Shown: positions 1-8,273, numbered from the stretch's first letter. The stretch is DNA of 64,000 nt from Candidatus Omnitrophota bacterium (GCA_030693145.1 JAUYBI010000071.1:10354-74353); one strand, 5' to 3'. A program made the numbers and translations. Notes: generated by a model from the letters alone, not told the origin.

Positions 1-291
1 GCCTTTGATGCCGCTATCCGCATTAATTCGAAGTACGCGGACGCTTATTTTTACCGTGGGGTTGTTTATGCGGATAGATACAAATTTGATGAGGCTCTTT
101 TGGATTATACCAAGGCAATAGAAATTGACCCAAATTTAAGTTATGTTTATGCCAATCGCGCGATGGTGTATTTTTTAATGAAGAAATATGATAAAAGTTG
201 GGAAGATACGCATAAGGCAGTGTCGTTAGGATATAAGGTGGATGAGAAATTTCTTGTGAGCCTTAAAAAAGCTTCTAACAGAGAAAATTAA
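1..291 (+). CDS. TPR-repeat protein, 5' end outside window (a TadD-like TPR component is one possibility)
   Basis: Frame continuous from nt 1 (AFDAAIRINSKYADAYFYRGVVYADRYKFDEALLDYTKAIEIDPNLSYVYANRAMVYF...). Shows 34-aa TPR periodicity with Y/A/N spacing. Stop TAA 289-291. Listed ORF 100-291 is the same frame. Confidence 0.6.
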   Translation, partial: AFDAAIRINSKYADAYFYRGVVYADRYKFDEALLDYTKAIEIDPNLSYVYANRAMVYFLMKKYDKSWEDTHKAVSLGYKVDEKFLVSLKKASNREN

Positions 292-633
292 ATGAAAATT
301 ATTAATCAGAGCAATAGCGCGGTTTTGGCGGATAGGGCAAGGGTGGCGGATACGTTTTATAAGCGGCTGGTGGGGTTACTTAACCGTAACTCTCTGGAAA
401 AAGGAGAAGCCTTGATTTTGAAGCCCTGCTCTAGCATTCATACCCTATTTATGCGTTTTCCAATAGATGTGCTGTTTCTGGACAAAAATGGCAAGGTTAT
501 TGGCTTACTTTCCGTATTTAGGCCTTTTCGCTTTAGCCCGGTTTATTTTGGCGCGTCTTTAGCCATTGAGCTTCTGGCAGGCACCATTCAACTTACTCAA
601 ACAAAACTAGGCAATATCATTAAAATCGAATAA
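292..633 (+). CDS. DUF192-family (COG1430-like) small protein
   Basis: ORF track 292-633. Motifs PCSSIHTLFMRFPIDVLFLD and GASLAIEL resemble the DUF192 fold. Start overlaps the previous stop (TAAATG). Confidence 0.5.
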   Translation: MKIINQSNSAVLADRARVADTFYKRLVGLLNRNSLEKGEALILKPCSSIHTLFMRFPIDVLFLDKNGKVIGLLSVFRPFRFSPVYFGASLAIELLAGTIQLTQTKLGNIIKIE

Positions 634-639
634 ATAAAT

Positions 640-690
640 GTCCAATTAGCCGATAAATGTCCAAAGCCAAATGTCCAATCTGCAAATAAA
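640..690. repeat. three direct copies of AAATGTCCAA (TGTCCA motif) spaced 13-20 nt
   Basis: Read directly: aaatgtccaattagccgataaatgtccaaagccaaatgtccaatctg. The same TTGTCCAnTC motif recurs at 7390 and three times at 8043-8105. Confidence 0.4.
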
Positions 691-743
691 GGGAAATAAT
701 GGGACCGTTTCTGTTTTTCAAGAATAAGGGTCACTTTCCCCTC

Positions 744-803
744 AGTAGGGTGGGTTTAAACCCACCCTACTGTTGAAAGTCGGGGTTTAAACCCACCCTA
801 CTG
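744..803. repeat. two adjacent copies (second truncated) of a 28-nt perfect palindrome AGTAGGGTGGGTTTAAACCCACCCTACT (family A, GGTTTAAACC core)
   Basis: Seen in sequence at 744-771 and 778-803. Related copies with compensatory stem changes lie at 8189-8216, 9203-9230 and 9797-9823. Confidence 0.55.
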
Positions 804-978
804 TTGAACGAATACGACCCTTATTCCTGCAAGTTTAAGCCGCTGGAAACGCTTTCTTTTCATGAGGGATATCTACTTGACAAGCACAACCCTGCGTGGT
901 AATCTTTAAATGTAAAATAAAAATGCGTTTCTCGACGGTAGTTAGAGGCGCTTGACGAATTATTTTAGGGGGTTTATA

Positions 979-1182
979 ATGGCTTTTAAAAAGGCCGATA
1001 AAAGCCATTTTGCGCGAAGAAAATTCTCTAATAGAAGAGCGCAATCAATATTTGAATACGTAATACTAACGGCCGTCGTAGTGGCGGCTGTCTTAATTTT
1101 TGCGGAATCAACATATTTTAAAGGCATCAAAGATTCTTGCGAGAAGGCTTTTAATGCCGCAGTTACGGAAATAGTAAAATGA
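979..1182 (+). CDS. Flp/Fap-family prepilin-like protein (paralog 1, 67 aa)
   Basis: ATG 979 preceded by AGGGGG (966-971). N-terminus ...RRAQSIFEYVILTAVVVAAV matches the Flp class III motif (G/A-x-x-x-x-E-Y plus hydrophobic helix). Stop TGA 1180-1182. Confidence 0.6.
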   Translation: MAFKKADKSHFARRKFSNRRAQSIFEYVILTAVVVAAVLIFAESTYFKGIKDSCEKAFNAAVTEIVK

Positions 1183-1322
1183 AAAACAAAGCGCAAAGCA
1201 CCATTGAATACGCATTATTAATTGCTATTGTCGCGGCAGCATTTATCGCGATGAATATGTATATGCAGCGTTCGGTGCAGGCAAATTTTAACATTATCGA
1301 GGAGCAGATAAATACGCCGTAA
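1179..1322 (+). CDS. Flp-family prepilin (paralog 2, 47 aa)
   Basis: ATGA overlap with the previous gene. Protein MKNKAQSTIEYALLIAIVAAAFIAMNMYMQRSVQANFNIIEEQINTP. Not in the ORF track because it is under 60 aa. Confidence 0.6.
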   Translation: MKNKAQSTIEYALLIAIVAAAFIAMNMYMQRSVQANFNIIEEQINTP

Positions 1323-1341
1323 TCAAAAGGAGGAGAGTAAG

Positions 1342-1509
1342 ATGCGCAAGAAAAAGGGCCAGAGTATCTTGGAGTATGTGATTGTATTAACGGTGATAAT
1401 TGTTGCGGTTGCCGTAGCGGCAAAGACCTTTATCGCCCAAGGAGTGAATAAGGGTTTAGAGGATGCAAAGAAGACGATTGAGTACGCCACAGGGCAATTA
1501 CCAAAGTAA
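1342..1509 (+). CDS. Flp-family prepilin (paralog 3, 55 aa)
   Basis: Strong SD AAAGGAGGAGAG (1326-1337). Protein MRKKKGQSILEYVIVLTVIIVAVAVAAKTF... with G-Q-S-x-x-E-Y motif. Confidence 0.65.
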   Translation: MRKKKGQSILEYVIVLTVIIVAVAVAAKTFIAQGVNKGLEDAKKTIEYATGQLPK

Positions 1510-1532
1510 ATTTTTTAGAGGAGGTGAAAAAG

Positions 1533-1889
1533 ATGTTGAACAGAAAGGGCCAGAATACAGCAGAATACGCGATTCTTATCGCGTTAATAATCGCCGCGGC
1601 AGTAGGAATGCAGACTTACGTTAAGAGGGGTTTACAGGGAAGGGTCAAAGAAGCAGTGAACCACACCGGTACAGCGCAAGATGTGGGTGGCGTTAATTTA
1701 ACCTTTACTGGTAATCAATATGAGCCGTATTACGCGGAATCCGATACAAAAGTAAGAAGCGAGAGAACTGCTAATGAAGAACTGGGGTATCGCGGCGCGA
1801 TTACTCGTAGTGACGTAAAAGAGGAAACCAAGGTTGATGCAGGCGGGGTTGAGACAGTCCTTAGCACAACCAGCGCTGAATCTAAATAA
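1533..1889 (+). CDS. Flp-like prepilin with C-terminal extension (118 aa)
   Basis: SD AGAGGAGGTGA then ATG 1533. Protein MLNRKGQNTAEYAILIALIIAAAVGMQTYVKRGLQGR..., same frame as ORF 1524-1889. Confidence 0.65.
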   Translation: MLNRKGQNTAEYAILIALIIAAAVGMQTYVKRGLQGRVKEAVNHTGTAQDVGGVNLTFTGNQYEPYYAESDTKVRSERTANEELGYRGAITRSDVKEETKVDAGGVETVLSTTSAESK

Positions 1890-1903
1890 GGAGGTGAACA
1901 AAG

Positions 1904-2251
1904 ATGTTTAACAAAAAGGGCCAGAGCACATTAGAATATGCATTGATAACCGCAGTGATAATTGCCGGGCTTTTGCTGATGCAGCATTATATGAAGCATG
2001 GTTATGCCGGAAGATTAAAGTCAGCTAGCGATGATATTGGCGAGCAATATGACCCTACTAAACATACCGGAAAATTCAAAACAACCAGTAAGAGTTATAC
2101 AGAACAGACTCTTAAAAACAAAGCTACAACTCAAAAGTATATTGATTTAGGCGGTGCTGAATCCGGCTCTGGCAGAGTGCAGAAAAAAGAGAGTCTCGCC
2201 GATGAAAAGATTGAGGCTTGGGGTAAGGATGAGAACCTGTATAGTAAATAG
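1904..2251 (+). CDS. Flp-like prepilin with C-terminal extension (115 aa)
   Basis: SD AAGGAGGTGA then ATG 1904. Protein MFNKKGQSTLEYALITAVIIAGLLLMQHYMKHG... ORF track 1904-2251. Confidence 0.65.
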   Translation: MFNKKGQSTLEYALITAVIIAGLLLMQHYMKHGYAGRLKSASDDIGEQYDPTKHTGKFKTTSKSYTEQTLKNKATTQKYIDLGGAESGSGRVQKKESLADEKIEAWGKDENLYSK

Positions 2252-2564
2252 AATATCGAGAATAAGCAGGGCGCAAAGCGTGGCTGAATATAGCATTTGT
2301 CTGGCATTAGTTTTAGCCGCGGTTTTGGGCATGCAGCTTTATGTAAAAAGGGGTTTGCAGGGAAGATACCGGGAATTGGTAGATCATGCAGCTAAACAGG
2401 CCGCAAGCCCTAAACAATATGAGCCATACTATGTCCGGGACAAATTTACAGTTAAGCAATTTAAAATAGTTAATGAGGATATGAAATATGAAGGTTTGAC
2501 AACCCGGGATTCTCTTGAAGATAGCACAGAAGTCAAAGGCACAGCCAAAAGGGATGTGCAATAA
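2229..2564 (+). CDS. Flp-like prepilin with C-terminal extension (about 111 aa); start uncertain (ATG 2202 or 2229)
   Basis: Frame of ORF 2154-2564. Protein ...RAQSVAEYSICLALVLAAVLGMQLYVKRGLQGR... Its 5' end overlaps the 3' end of the previous gene by 23-50 nt. Confidence 0.45.
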   Translation: MRTCIVNRISRISRAQSVAEYSICLALVLAAVLGMQLYVKRGLQGRYRELVDHAAKQAASPKQYEPYYVRDKFTVKQFKIVNEDMKYEGLTTRDSLEDSTEVKGTAKRDVQ

Positions 2565-2565
2565 A

Positions 2566-3681
2566 ATGAAAATGCGCAAAATCGGCCAGAGTATAAATGA
2601 ATATGTGTTGGTAATTGTCCTGGTTACTTTAGCCGGGATAGGTATGCAGAGTTATATTAAGCGGGGCATACAGGGTATAGTAAAAACCTCTGCCGATACA
2701 TTGGCCGGAGAGCAAACAGAGGGTAGAATCGAGGTGGATGAAGCAACCAGGGCGTGGCATCCGCTGGCAACAGCATATAAGGATAAATTGATCGCCGGAG
2801 AATTCTTTATTAGAGAGCGGGCAGGCAATAGTTTTTATTATAATGTTTATATCGAGGATCCCGATAATCCAACGAAAATAAAGAAAGACCGCGGCATTGG
2901 CATAGAAGATATTGCTACGGGTAATTTTACCAGTTTGGATATAGACGGTAATCCTCTGCCGGTGGTCTACGATAAAGATGGCAAGGTTTTGACAGGGGTT
3001 CAAGGAGCCGCCTATGTTCAACAAGGAGTAATTGAGTCTGGATTAGTTAAATTTGAATATAAAAATCCCAAAGATCCTAAAAATCCTTTAAAGTTTAAGT
3101 CAGACAAAAAAATCACCGTGGATACCCTTTCAAAGTATAGCGGCCCGAAAAGTTTAGCGTCAGCGGATTGGCATCCGGCAATGACAGCGTATAAAGAAAG
3201 AATGGAAAGAGATAAGATCAAGGGATTTATTCAAACAGAAATAAAAGGCAGCCGGGTTTATTACTACCAGTTTACCACCGACCCTAAAGACAGGACGCTT
3301 ATCGGCGGAGAGAATACCCGCACAGGTGATTTTACCGGATTTGACCCGGATGGGTTTCCTCTATCAACCGTAGACAGTAAACTCACAGTACTTAGGACCT
3401 ACTCCGGTTATGTGAAGGACCCGGAAACAGAAGAAATTGTGGGGGTAACCGGCAGCGATGGCAATATTTATGGGCAACATGAGATAGTAACAATAAGTCG
3501 TGTGCTTCCAAGCATCGGACCGGCAACGGTTGCCTCTCCGATGAGAACCAAGATCATAGATAAGGACACGGCTCAGACTACCGGCGCTTGGGAGGCAACT
3601 TATAAATTAGAGGGTGCAGGCACATTCGGCGCGCTGGAAAAGCAAAAAGGTAAGGCAACACCGCCCGGTGGCACTCCATAA
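2566..3681 (+). CDS. large Flp-like prepilin-domain protein (371 aa) with internally duplicated C-terminal domain
   Basis: ATG 2566 directly after the previous TAA. Protein MKMRKIGQSINEYVLVIVLVTLAGIGMQSYIKRGIQG... Internal repeat WHPLATAYKDK... / WHPAMTAYKER... and GNFTSLDIDGNPLP / GDFTGFDPDGFPL. Confidence 0.6.
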   Translation: MKMRKIGQSINEYVLVIVLVTLAGIGMQSYIKRGIQGIVKTSADTLAGEQTEGRIEVDEATRAWHPLATAYKDKLIAGEFFIRERAGNSFYYNVYIEDPDNPTKIKKDRGIGIEDIATGNFTSLDIDGNPLPVVYDKDGKVLTGVQGAAYVQQGVIESGLVKFEYKNPKDPKNPLKFKSDKKITVDTLSKYSGPKSLASADWHPAMTAYKERMERDKIKGFIQTEIKGSRVYYYQFTTDPKDRTLIGGENTRTGDFTGFDPDGFPLSTVDSKLTVLRTYSGYVKDPETEEIVGVTGSDGNIYGQHEIVTISRVLPSIGPATVASPMRTKIIDKDTAQTTGAWEATYKLEGAGTFGALEKQKGKATPPGGTP

Positions 3682-3691
3682 TAAAATAATT

Positions 3692-4078
3692 ATGATAATA
3701 CAAATTAAAAAATATGGCTCAGCTAAGGCAAGCGCGCAATCGACATTGGAATACGCCATGGTAGTTGCCTGCGTAGTGGCAGCGCTTTTAGGGATGCAGT
3801 TTTACCTCAGGCGGGGAGTGCAGGGTAAACTCAGGCAGGCAGGAGATGAGTTAGGCGAACAATATACACCGTTGAATGTGGAGTCAAAAATTATCACAGA
3901 AACAACTTCCACCACAGGGATAATACAATCTTTAGTTCCCTTGGACAAGGACGGCAAACCTTTGCTTGATCAATATGGTTTGCCTGTCTACGGAATGAAG
4001 ACAGAGGCAAGTATTGATGAGACTACCGAGAAAAGCGGAAAAGAAACATTAGGGGAATTTGAAGATGGTTTATTTTAA
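3692..4078 (+). CDS. Flp-like prepilin with C-terminal extension (128 aa)
   Basis: ATG 3692 in the frame of ORF 3614-4078. Protein MIIQIKKYGSAKASAQSTLEYAMVVACVVAALLGMQFYLRRGVQG... Confidence 0.55.
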   Translation: MIIQIKKYGSAKASAQSTLEYAMVVACVVAALLGMQFYLRRGVQGKLRQAGDELGEQYTPLNVESKIITETTSTTGIIQSLVPLDKDGKPLLDQYGLPVYGMKTEASIDETTEKSGKETLGEFEDGLF

Positions 4079-5084
4079 TAAAAAAGCGCAGACCCTGACG
4101 GAATTGGCAACCTTTGGTTCGATTCTTTTATTGGTTTTGTCTTTTTTGATCAGTTACGGAGTGCGCTATAATTACCAGCAGGATATGCAGATGGCTGCTT
4201 TTCGCCGGGCGTTATCTGAAGCACATGCTTCCGGCCGGCCGGATGCCTCAGCTTCGGTGGTGATGGTTGAAGACAAGCATATTCCTGATCCGCGCGATAT
4301 GTTTGGCGCGGGTAGTGTTGTTTCCATGCAAGCCGGCGCAGAGGTGGCCTGGGGTAATACTATGCAGGATCAATATGACATTAGCAATGAGTCACTTTTG
4401 CCCAGAGTAAAATACGTGTTTAACGATAAAGACGTGGCGAAGAGAGTAGAGCGCGAATACACGACTGCGGGCTATGGTTTTATTGCCAATGGCACTGAAT
4501 TTTACGCGATACTTCCCGGTAATAATGAACCAGAGTTGATAAGCTGGTCAAATGTGAAATGTTACCAGCCTACCCCGGATTCTCCTAAGCAGGCAATGGT
4601 ATTGCTGCCGGATAATGAGAAAGAGGTAATTACTGAGGTTTATTTGAAGCCGGCGGGCGCGGGTTCGGCGAAGAAGTTTATAAAATATCAGATTATTGGA
4701 GTGGAGACTATTCCGCCGGTTCCGCCGGATGGTTCTGACGGGAAGCCTATTGACTGGATAAGTTTATTAAGACCGGATTTTGGCGGGATTAATCCTAATT
4801 ATATGCAATTAAATAGTGATGTGGACAGGGACGGTATCCCGGATGTAACGCAGGATAATGTCCAGGGGGTATTGTTGGACTCAGAGCAGAAGATCAAGCG
4901 CAGAGGTACGCTGACCATAGAAGAAACTCCCGGGACAAGCGCAAGTACCGCCGCATACAGTTTTAAGGATAAAGCCGGAAATCCCACGACAATTATCCAT
5001 AAAATTAGGAGCAGCTCGGGGGTGGAAAATATAAGCTCTCCTTTTGAAAGGAATAGAGTATCGGAATGGAAAATTACCAAGTAA
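4065..5084 (+). CDS. TadE/TadG-like pseudopilin (340 aa)
   Basis: ATG 4065 after AGGGGA. N-terminus MVYFNKKAQTLTELATFGSILLLVLSFLISYGV...AAFRRAL resembles the TadE-like domain (hydrophobic segment then a Q..AA.R motif). ORF track 4059-5084. Confidence 0.55.
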   Translation: MVYFNKKAQTLTELATFGSILLLVLSFLISYGVRYNYQQDMQMAAFRRALSEAHASGRPDASASVVMVEDKHIPDPRDMFGAGSVVSMQAGAEVAWGNTMQDQYDISNESLLPRVKYVFNDKDVAKRVEREYTTAGYGFIANGTEFYAILPGNNEPELISWSNVKCYQPTPDSPKQAMVLLPDNEKEVITEVYLKPAGAGSAKKFIKYQIIGVETIPPVPPDGSDGKPIDWISLLRPDFGGINPNYMQLNSDVDRDGIPDVTQDNVQGVLLDSEQKIKRRGTLTIEETPGTSASTAAYSFKDKAGNPTTIIHKIRSSSGVENISSPFERNRVSEWKITK

Positions 5085-5317
5085 AAGCCCAGGTCGCGCT
5101 TGAATTTACCACTGCTTTCATTTGCCTGATCCTTTTTTTGGTGGCGACCACGCAAATATTTGTCTGGTTCGGGAATAATATTGTGCAACGGCATAAACAG
5201 TATGAAAGTACGCGCACGACCGTAGCGGCTGATGGCACCACCGCGCCTCCGAAGATAGATTTTTATACGCCTAAGAATTTAAACATATTCGGGAAACCGG
5301 AAGAGCTGCCGAAATAA
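5066..5317 (+). CDS. TadE-like pseudopilin, small (83 aa)
   Basis: Protein MENYQVKAQVALEFTTAFICLILFLVATTQIFVWFGNN... has the TadE-like N-terminal pattern. ORF track 5066-5317. Confidence 0.5.
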   Translation: MENYQVKAQVALEFTTAFICLILFLVATTQIFVWFGNNIVQRHKQYESTRTTVAADGTTAPPKIDFYTPKNLNIFGKPEELPK

Positions 5318-5322
5318 ATAAA

Positions 5323-5529
5323 ATGAGAAAAAAAGGGATGAGCGTGGTAGAATATAGTTTACTGATTGCGATTGTAATCGCCGGGCTTTTGGCAATGCAA
5401 GTTTATGTTAAACGGGCTGTAAGCGGCCGCTGGAAGGAAGCCGGAGATGTGTTTGGTTTTGGCAGGCAAACGTCCAGGACCCTTCTAAAACCGCAGCCAC
5501 CAGGCGGCGGCGGATTACCGGGAATGTAA
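5323..5529 (+). CDS. Flp-family prepilin (paralog, 68 aa)
   Basis: Protein MRKKGMSVVEYSLLIAIVIAGLLAMQVYVKRAVSGR... ORF track 5323-5529. Confidence 0.65.
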   Translation: MRKKGMSVVEYSLLIAIVIAGLLAMQVYVKRAVSGRWKEAGDVFGFGRQTSRTLLKPQPPGGGGLPGM

Positions 5530-5531
5530 AA

Positions 5532-6377
5532 ATGAGACTACTAATTATTTTGCTTATTTTTGGATCAATCGCTGGTTTGGCGTATGAATTGATTCCTCTA
5601 CTTTTAGGCCGCTATTCCCAGCTGCAGGGCAAGCGTATGGAAAATGCCTCCAAGGAATTGCATAAGATGTTTATTTATACTGAAAAGCGCCGTTTACTAT
5701 CTGTGTTTACGATTACGCCTTTGGTGCTGGGCACGCTGGGATTTATGATCTTAAATAATCCATTTGGTGTTTTAGTGGGCGTAGGCCTGGGTTTGTTATT
5801 GCCCCGGATATGGATTAAAAATATGGGCCGAAAAAGGCTGAATAATTTCGCCAAGCAGTTGGTAGATGCGCTGATGCTTCTTTCCAGCTCGCTTAAGGCG
5901 GGGATGAGTTTACCCCAGGCATTTGAGGTGCTTACCGAAGAAATGCCCGCGCCAATTAGCGATGAGTTTGCCCTGGTGATCAAAGAAAATAAAATGGGCG
6001 TAAGCTTAGAAGATTGCCTGGCGCATCTTAAGCAAAGAATACCTTTAGATGATTTGGAATTATTGACTACCGCTATCAGCATCTCCCGGGAAACCGGAGG
6101 TGACTTGACTGAAATTTTCGGGAATTTAGTGCATACCATTAGGGAAAAAAGAAAATTAGATGACCGTGTAAGGATACTCACTGTGCAGGGGCGGCTGCAG
6201 GGGGCGATTATGGGCCTTTTGCCGATTGCCTTTGGGGTTTTTATGTATTTCACTAACCCGGGCAATTTTGACATCATGCTTAAAGATAAAACCGGCCAGA
6301 TGCTGCTTGCCTGGGCGGTGATTTCCGAAATAATCGGGATAATTTTAATCCGGAAATTAAGCCGGGTGGAGATATAA
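5532..6377 (+). CDS. tadB: Tad pilus assembly inner-membrane platform protein, T2SS-F domain (TadB-like)
   Basis: Protein with an N-terminal TM, the T2SSF-type region LLSSSLKAGMSLPQAFEVLTEEMPAPISDEF...RETGGDLTEIF, and C-terminal TMs. ORF track 5532-6377. Confidence 0.7.
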   Translation: MRLLIILLIFGSIAGLAYELIPLLLGRYSQLQGKRMENASKELHKMFIYTEKRRLLSVFTITPLVLGTLGFMILNNPFGVLVGVGLGLLLPRIWIKNMGRKRLNNFAKQLVDALMLLSSSLKAGMSLPQAFEVLTEEMPAPISDEFALVIKENKMGVSLEDCLAHLKQRIPLDDLELLTTAISISRETGGDLTEIFGNLVHTIREKRKLDDRVRILTVQGRLQGAIMGLLPIAFGVFMYFTNPGNFDIMLKDKTGQMLLAWAVISEIIGIILIRKLSRVEI

Positions 6378-6379
6378 AT

Positions 6380-7261
6380 ATGGAACTCGCGCTGATTATT
6401 TTTTTGTTGTTTATCAGTATTGGATTTGCGGCCTATCATATTTCTAACCGTAAGCTGGTGGAAGAGGTGCATCTGCCTTCTGAGATTACCGGCCCGTCGG
6501 CCTCCGGGCTAAAAGCATTTAATTTTAAAAATATTTTAAGCGGGCCGGTCAGTTTTATCGAGCGCCTGTTCGGCAAATCTATGCTCTCTTTCACTTCGAG
6601 CGATTTGCATAAACGCTTAGCTTCCTCAAATAATAAAATGAGCGCCAGCCAGTTTATGATATTAAAATTGTTTATGGCCGGGGCAGTGCCGCTGGGTGCT
6701 TTTATTGCTGTTCACGCAGAACTCCTGATACTGATTATTTGCGCCGGCGTTGGTTTTATTTCACCGGACATCTGGCTGAATAACTTGATTAAGAAAAGGC
6801 GCGCCCTGATTGTGAAAGACCTGCCTTTGGTAATTGACCTTTTGAATATCTGCGTAGGGGCAGGCCTGGATTTTATGGTGGCGGTTAACCGGGTAATTCA
6901 GGAATTCAGGCCCTGCGCGCTGATTGAGGAAATGAAGATAATGGCCCACGAAATACAAATGGGCAGTGCCCGGCGTGATGCGTTAAAGAATATGTCCAAT
7001 CGCATCAATAATCCTGAGATCAGCTCGTTTGTGAGGACGCTTTTACAGGCAGACAGGATCGGCTCGCCTATTAGCGAGGCATTAAAGATGCAGTCAGAGG
7101 AAATCCGCCTGCGCTGGTTCCAAAGAGGCGAAGAGATGGCCTTAAAAGCTCCGATTAAGCTGTTATTTCCCCTGTTGGTATTTATCCTTCCAGTAGTTTT
7201 AATCATTGTTGCCGGCCCTATTTTGCTACAGTTTACCCAGGGCGGAATGATGAAATTCTAA
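6380..7261 (+). CDS. tadC: Tad pilus assembly inner-membrane platform protein, T2SS-F domain (TadC-like)
   Basis: Second T2SSF-domain protein immediately downstream. Region LPLVIDLLNICVGAGLDFMVAVNRV...ADRIGSPISEAL with terminal TMs. ORF track 6380-7261. Confidence 0.7.
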   Translation: MELALIIFLLFISIGFAAYHISNRKLVEEVHLPSEITGPSASGLKAFNFKNILSGPVSFIERLFGKSMLSFTSSDLHKRLASSNNKMSASQFMILKLFMAGAVPLGAFIAVHAELLILIICAGVGFISPDIWLNNLIKKRRALIVKDLPLVIDLLNICVGAGLDFMVAVNRVIQEFRPCALIEEMKIMAHEIQMGSARRDALKNMSNRINNPEISSFVRTLLQADRIGSPISEALKMQSEEIRLRWFQRGEEMALKAPIKLLFPLLVFILPVVLIIVAGPILLQFTQGGMMKF

Positions 7262-7321
7262 GCTAAATAGACTTTTTTAAATACACCTTTAAATTTTACT
7301 TGACTTTTTTAAATATCTACG

Positions 7322-7372
7322 AATACGACCCTGTTTCCCAGCCAATCGGGAAATAGGGTCGTATTTTTGTCG
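7322..7372 (+). terminator. intrinsic-terminator-like hairpin (repeat family D) after tadC
   Basis: aatacgaccctgtttccc-agccaatc-gggaaatagggtcgtatt forms an 18-bp stem, followed by TTTTTG. Half-copies occur at 811-830 and 8021-8047. Confidence 0.5.
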
Positions 7373-7456
7373 GTGCCCCTATTAAAATTGTCCAGTCTGT
7401 TTTTTAGTTAGATTTAATTGATTATTACGTCAATTATATTAGAAAGGAGAGCTTAA

Positions 7457-7969
7457 ATGAACGCAAAAGAGATTTCGGCAGAAGTAGTGGCAATGAAGAT
7501 TTTGTTGGTGAGGGGCAGAAAGGTGATGTTGGATAGGGATTTGGCAGAGATGTATGGTGTAAAGACTAAAGTTCTTTTGCAAAGTGTAAAGCGAAATGCA
7601 AAAAGGTTCCCGGAAGATTTTATGTATCAGCTTATAAAACAAGAGGTTGCCATCTTGAGGTCACAAAATGTGACCTCAAGATGGGGTGGTAGAAGATATT
7701 TACCGTATGTATTTACTGAGCAAGGCGTAGCAATGCTTTCTACAGTTTTGAATTCTGAACGCGCAATCCAGGTTAATATCGCTATTATGCGGGCATTCGT
7801 AAAGCTGCGCGAAGTCTTGTTAACGCATAAGGACTTAGCGCAGAAACTTGAGGAATTGGAACGGAAATACCAATTGCATGAGACAGATATCCAGGCAATA
7901 TTCGAGGCGATTAAGAGATTAATTGAACCGCCGGATGAGCCTCCCAAGCCACGGTTTGGGATGAATTGA
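7457..7969 (+). CDS. ORF6N-domain protein (KilA-N/ORF6N superfamily, phage/mobile-element-associated regulator-like)
   Basis: Protein MLDRDLAEMYGVKTKVLLQSVKRNAKRFPEDFMYQL...SRWGGRRYLPYVFTEQGVAMLSTVLNSERAIQVNIAIMRAFVKLR matches the ORF6N signature. SD AGGAGAG upstream. Confidence 0.65.
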   Translation: MNAKEISAEVVAMKILLVRGRKVMLDRDLAEMYGVKTKVLLQSVKRNAKRFPEDFMYQLIKQEVAILRSQNVTSRWGGRRYLPYVFTEQGVAMLSTVLNSERAIQVNIAIMRAFVKLREVLLTHKDLAQKLEELERKYQLHETDIQAIFEAIKRLIEPPDEPPKPRFGMN

Positions 7970-8042
7970 GATTGCCTACGGCCCCATTTTCCTATCAGGC
8001 TTGAAACAGTTTCTTAGCCAATCGGGAAATAGGGTCGTATTT

Positions 8043-8105
8043 TTTTGTCCAGTCTGTGAAATAAATTCTAATTATTGTCCATTCTAATTTGATATTTGTC
8101 CAATC
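8043..8105. repeat. three spaced copies of TTGTCCA(G/T/A)TC
   Basis: ttgtccagtctg ... ttgtccattctaa ... ttgtccaatcaga, read directly. Same motif as the 640-690 array. Confidence 0.4.
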
Positions 8106-8134
8106 AGATTTGTTTAAGCTGCCTAATGGCAGGT

Positions 8135-8170
8135 AATCTCTTAAAATGGCCATTTTGTCATTCTGAGGGA
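8135..8170. repeat. interspersed repeat family C (gtcattctgagggagcagggcgaccgaagaatag)
   Basis: Variant of the element at 9010-9075 (gtcattgcgaggagcggagcgacgaagcaatc). In coding context that element yields the familiar ...SLRGAERRSNL... peptide. Confidence 0.4.
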
Positions 8171-8188
8171 GCAGGGCGACCGAAGAAT

Positions 8189-8216
8189 AGTAGGGGAGGT
8201 TTAAACCTCCCCTACT
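8189..8216. repeat. family A palindrome AGTAGGGGAGGTTTAAACCTCCCCTACT
   Basis: Perfect 28-nt palindrome. Stem bases differ from the 744-771 copy by compensatory changes (GTGG/CCAC to GGAG/CTCC). Confidence 0.55.
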
Positions 8217-8225
8217 GAAAATAAT

Positions 8226-8273
8226 GGGACCGTTTCTATTTTTCGAAAAGTATCGAAAAATAGAAACGGTCCC
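8226..8273. repeat. family B hairpin element, perfect 21-bp inverted repeat (gggaccgtttctatttttcga / tcgaaaaatagaaacggtccc)
   Basis: Read directly. Related copies at 697-720 (half), 9566-9618 and 24954-25003. Confidence 0.55.

Noticed and set aside
3714-3716. ATG at 3714 as start of the Flp gene 3692-4078
   Set aside because: It is out of frame with the pilin motif (it reads tat-ggc in the coding frame). ATG 3692 is the in-frame start.
7654-7680. 12-bp-arm perfect palindrome cttgaggtcaca-aaa-tgtgacctcaag inside the ORF6N gene
   Set aside because: It encodes the conserved LRSQNVTSRW block of ORF6N-domain proteins and is most likely a coding coincidence. No flanking regulatory context.
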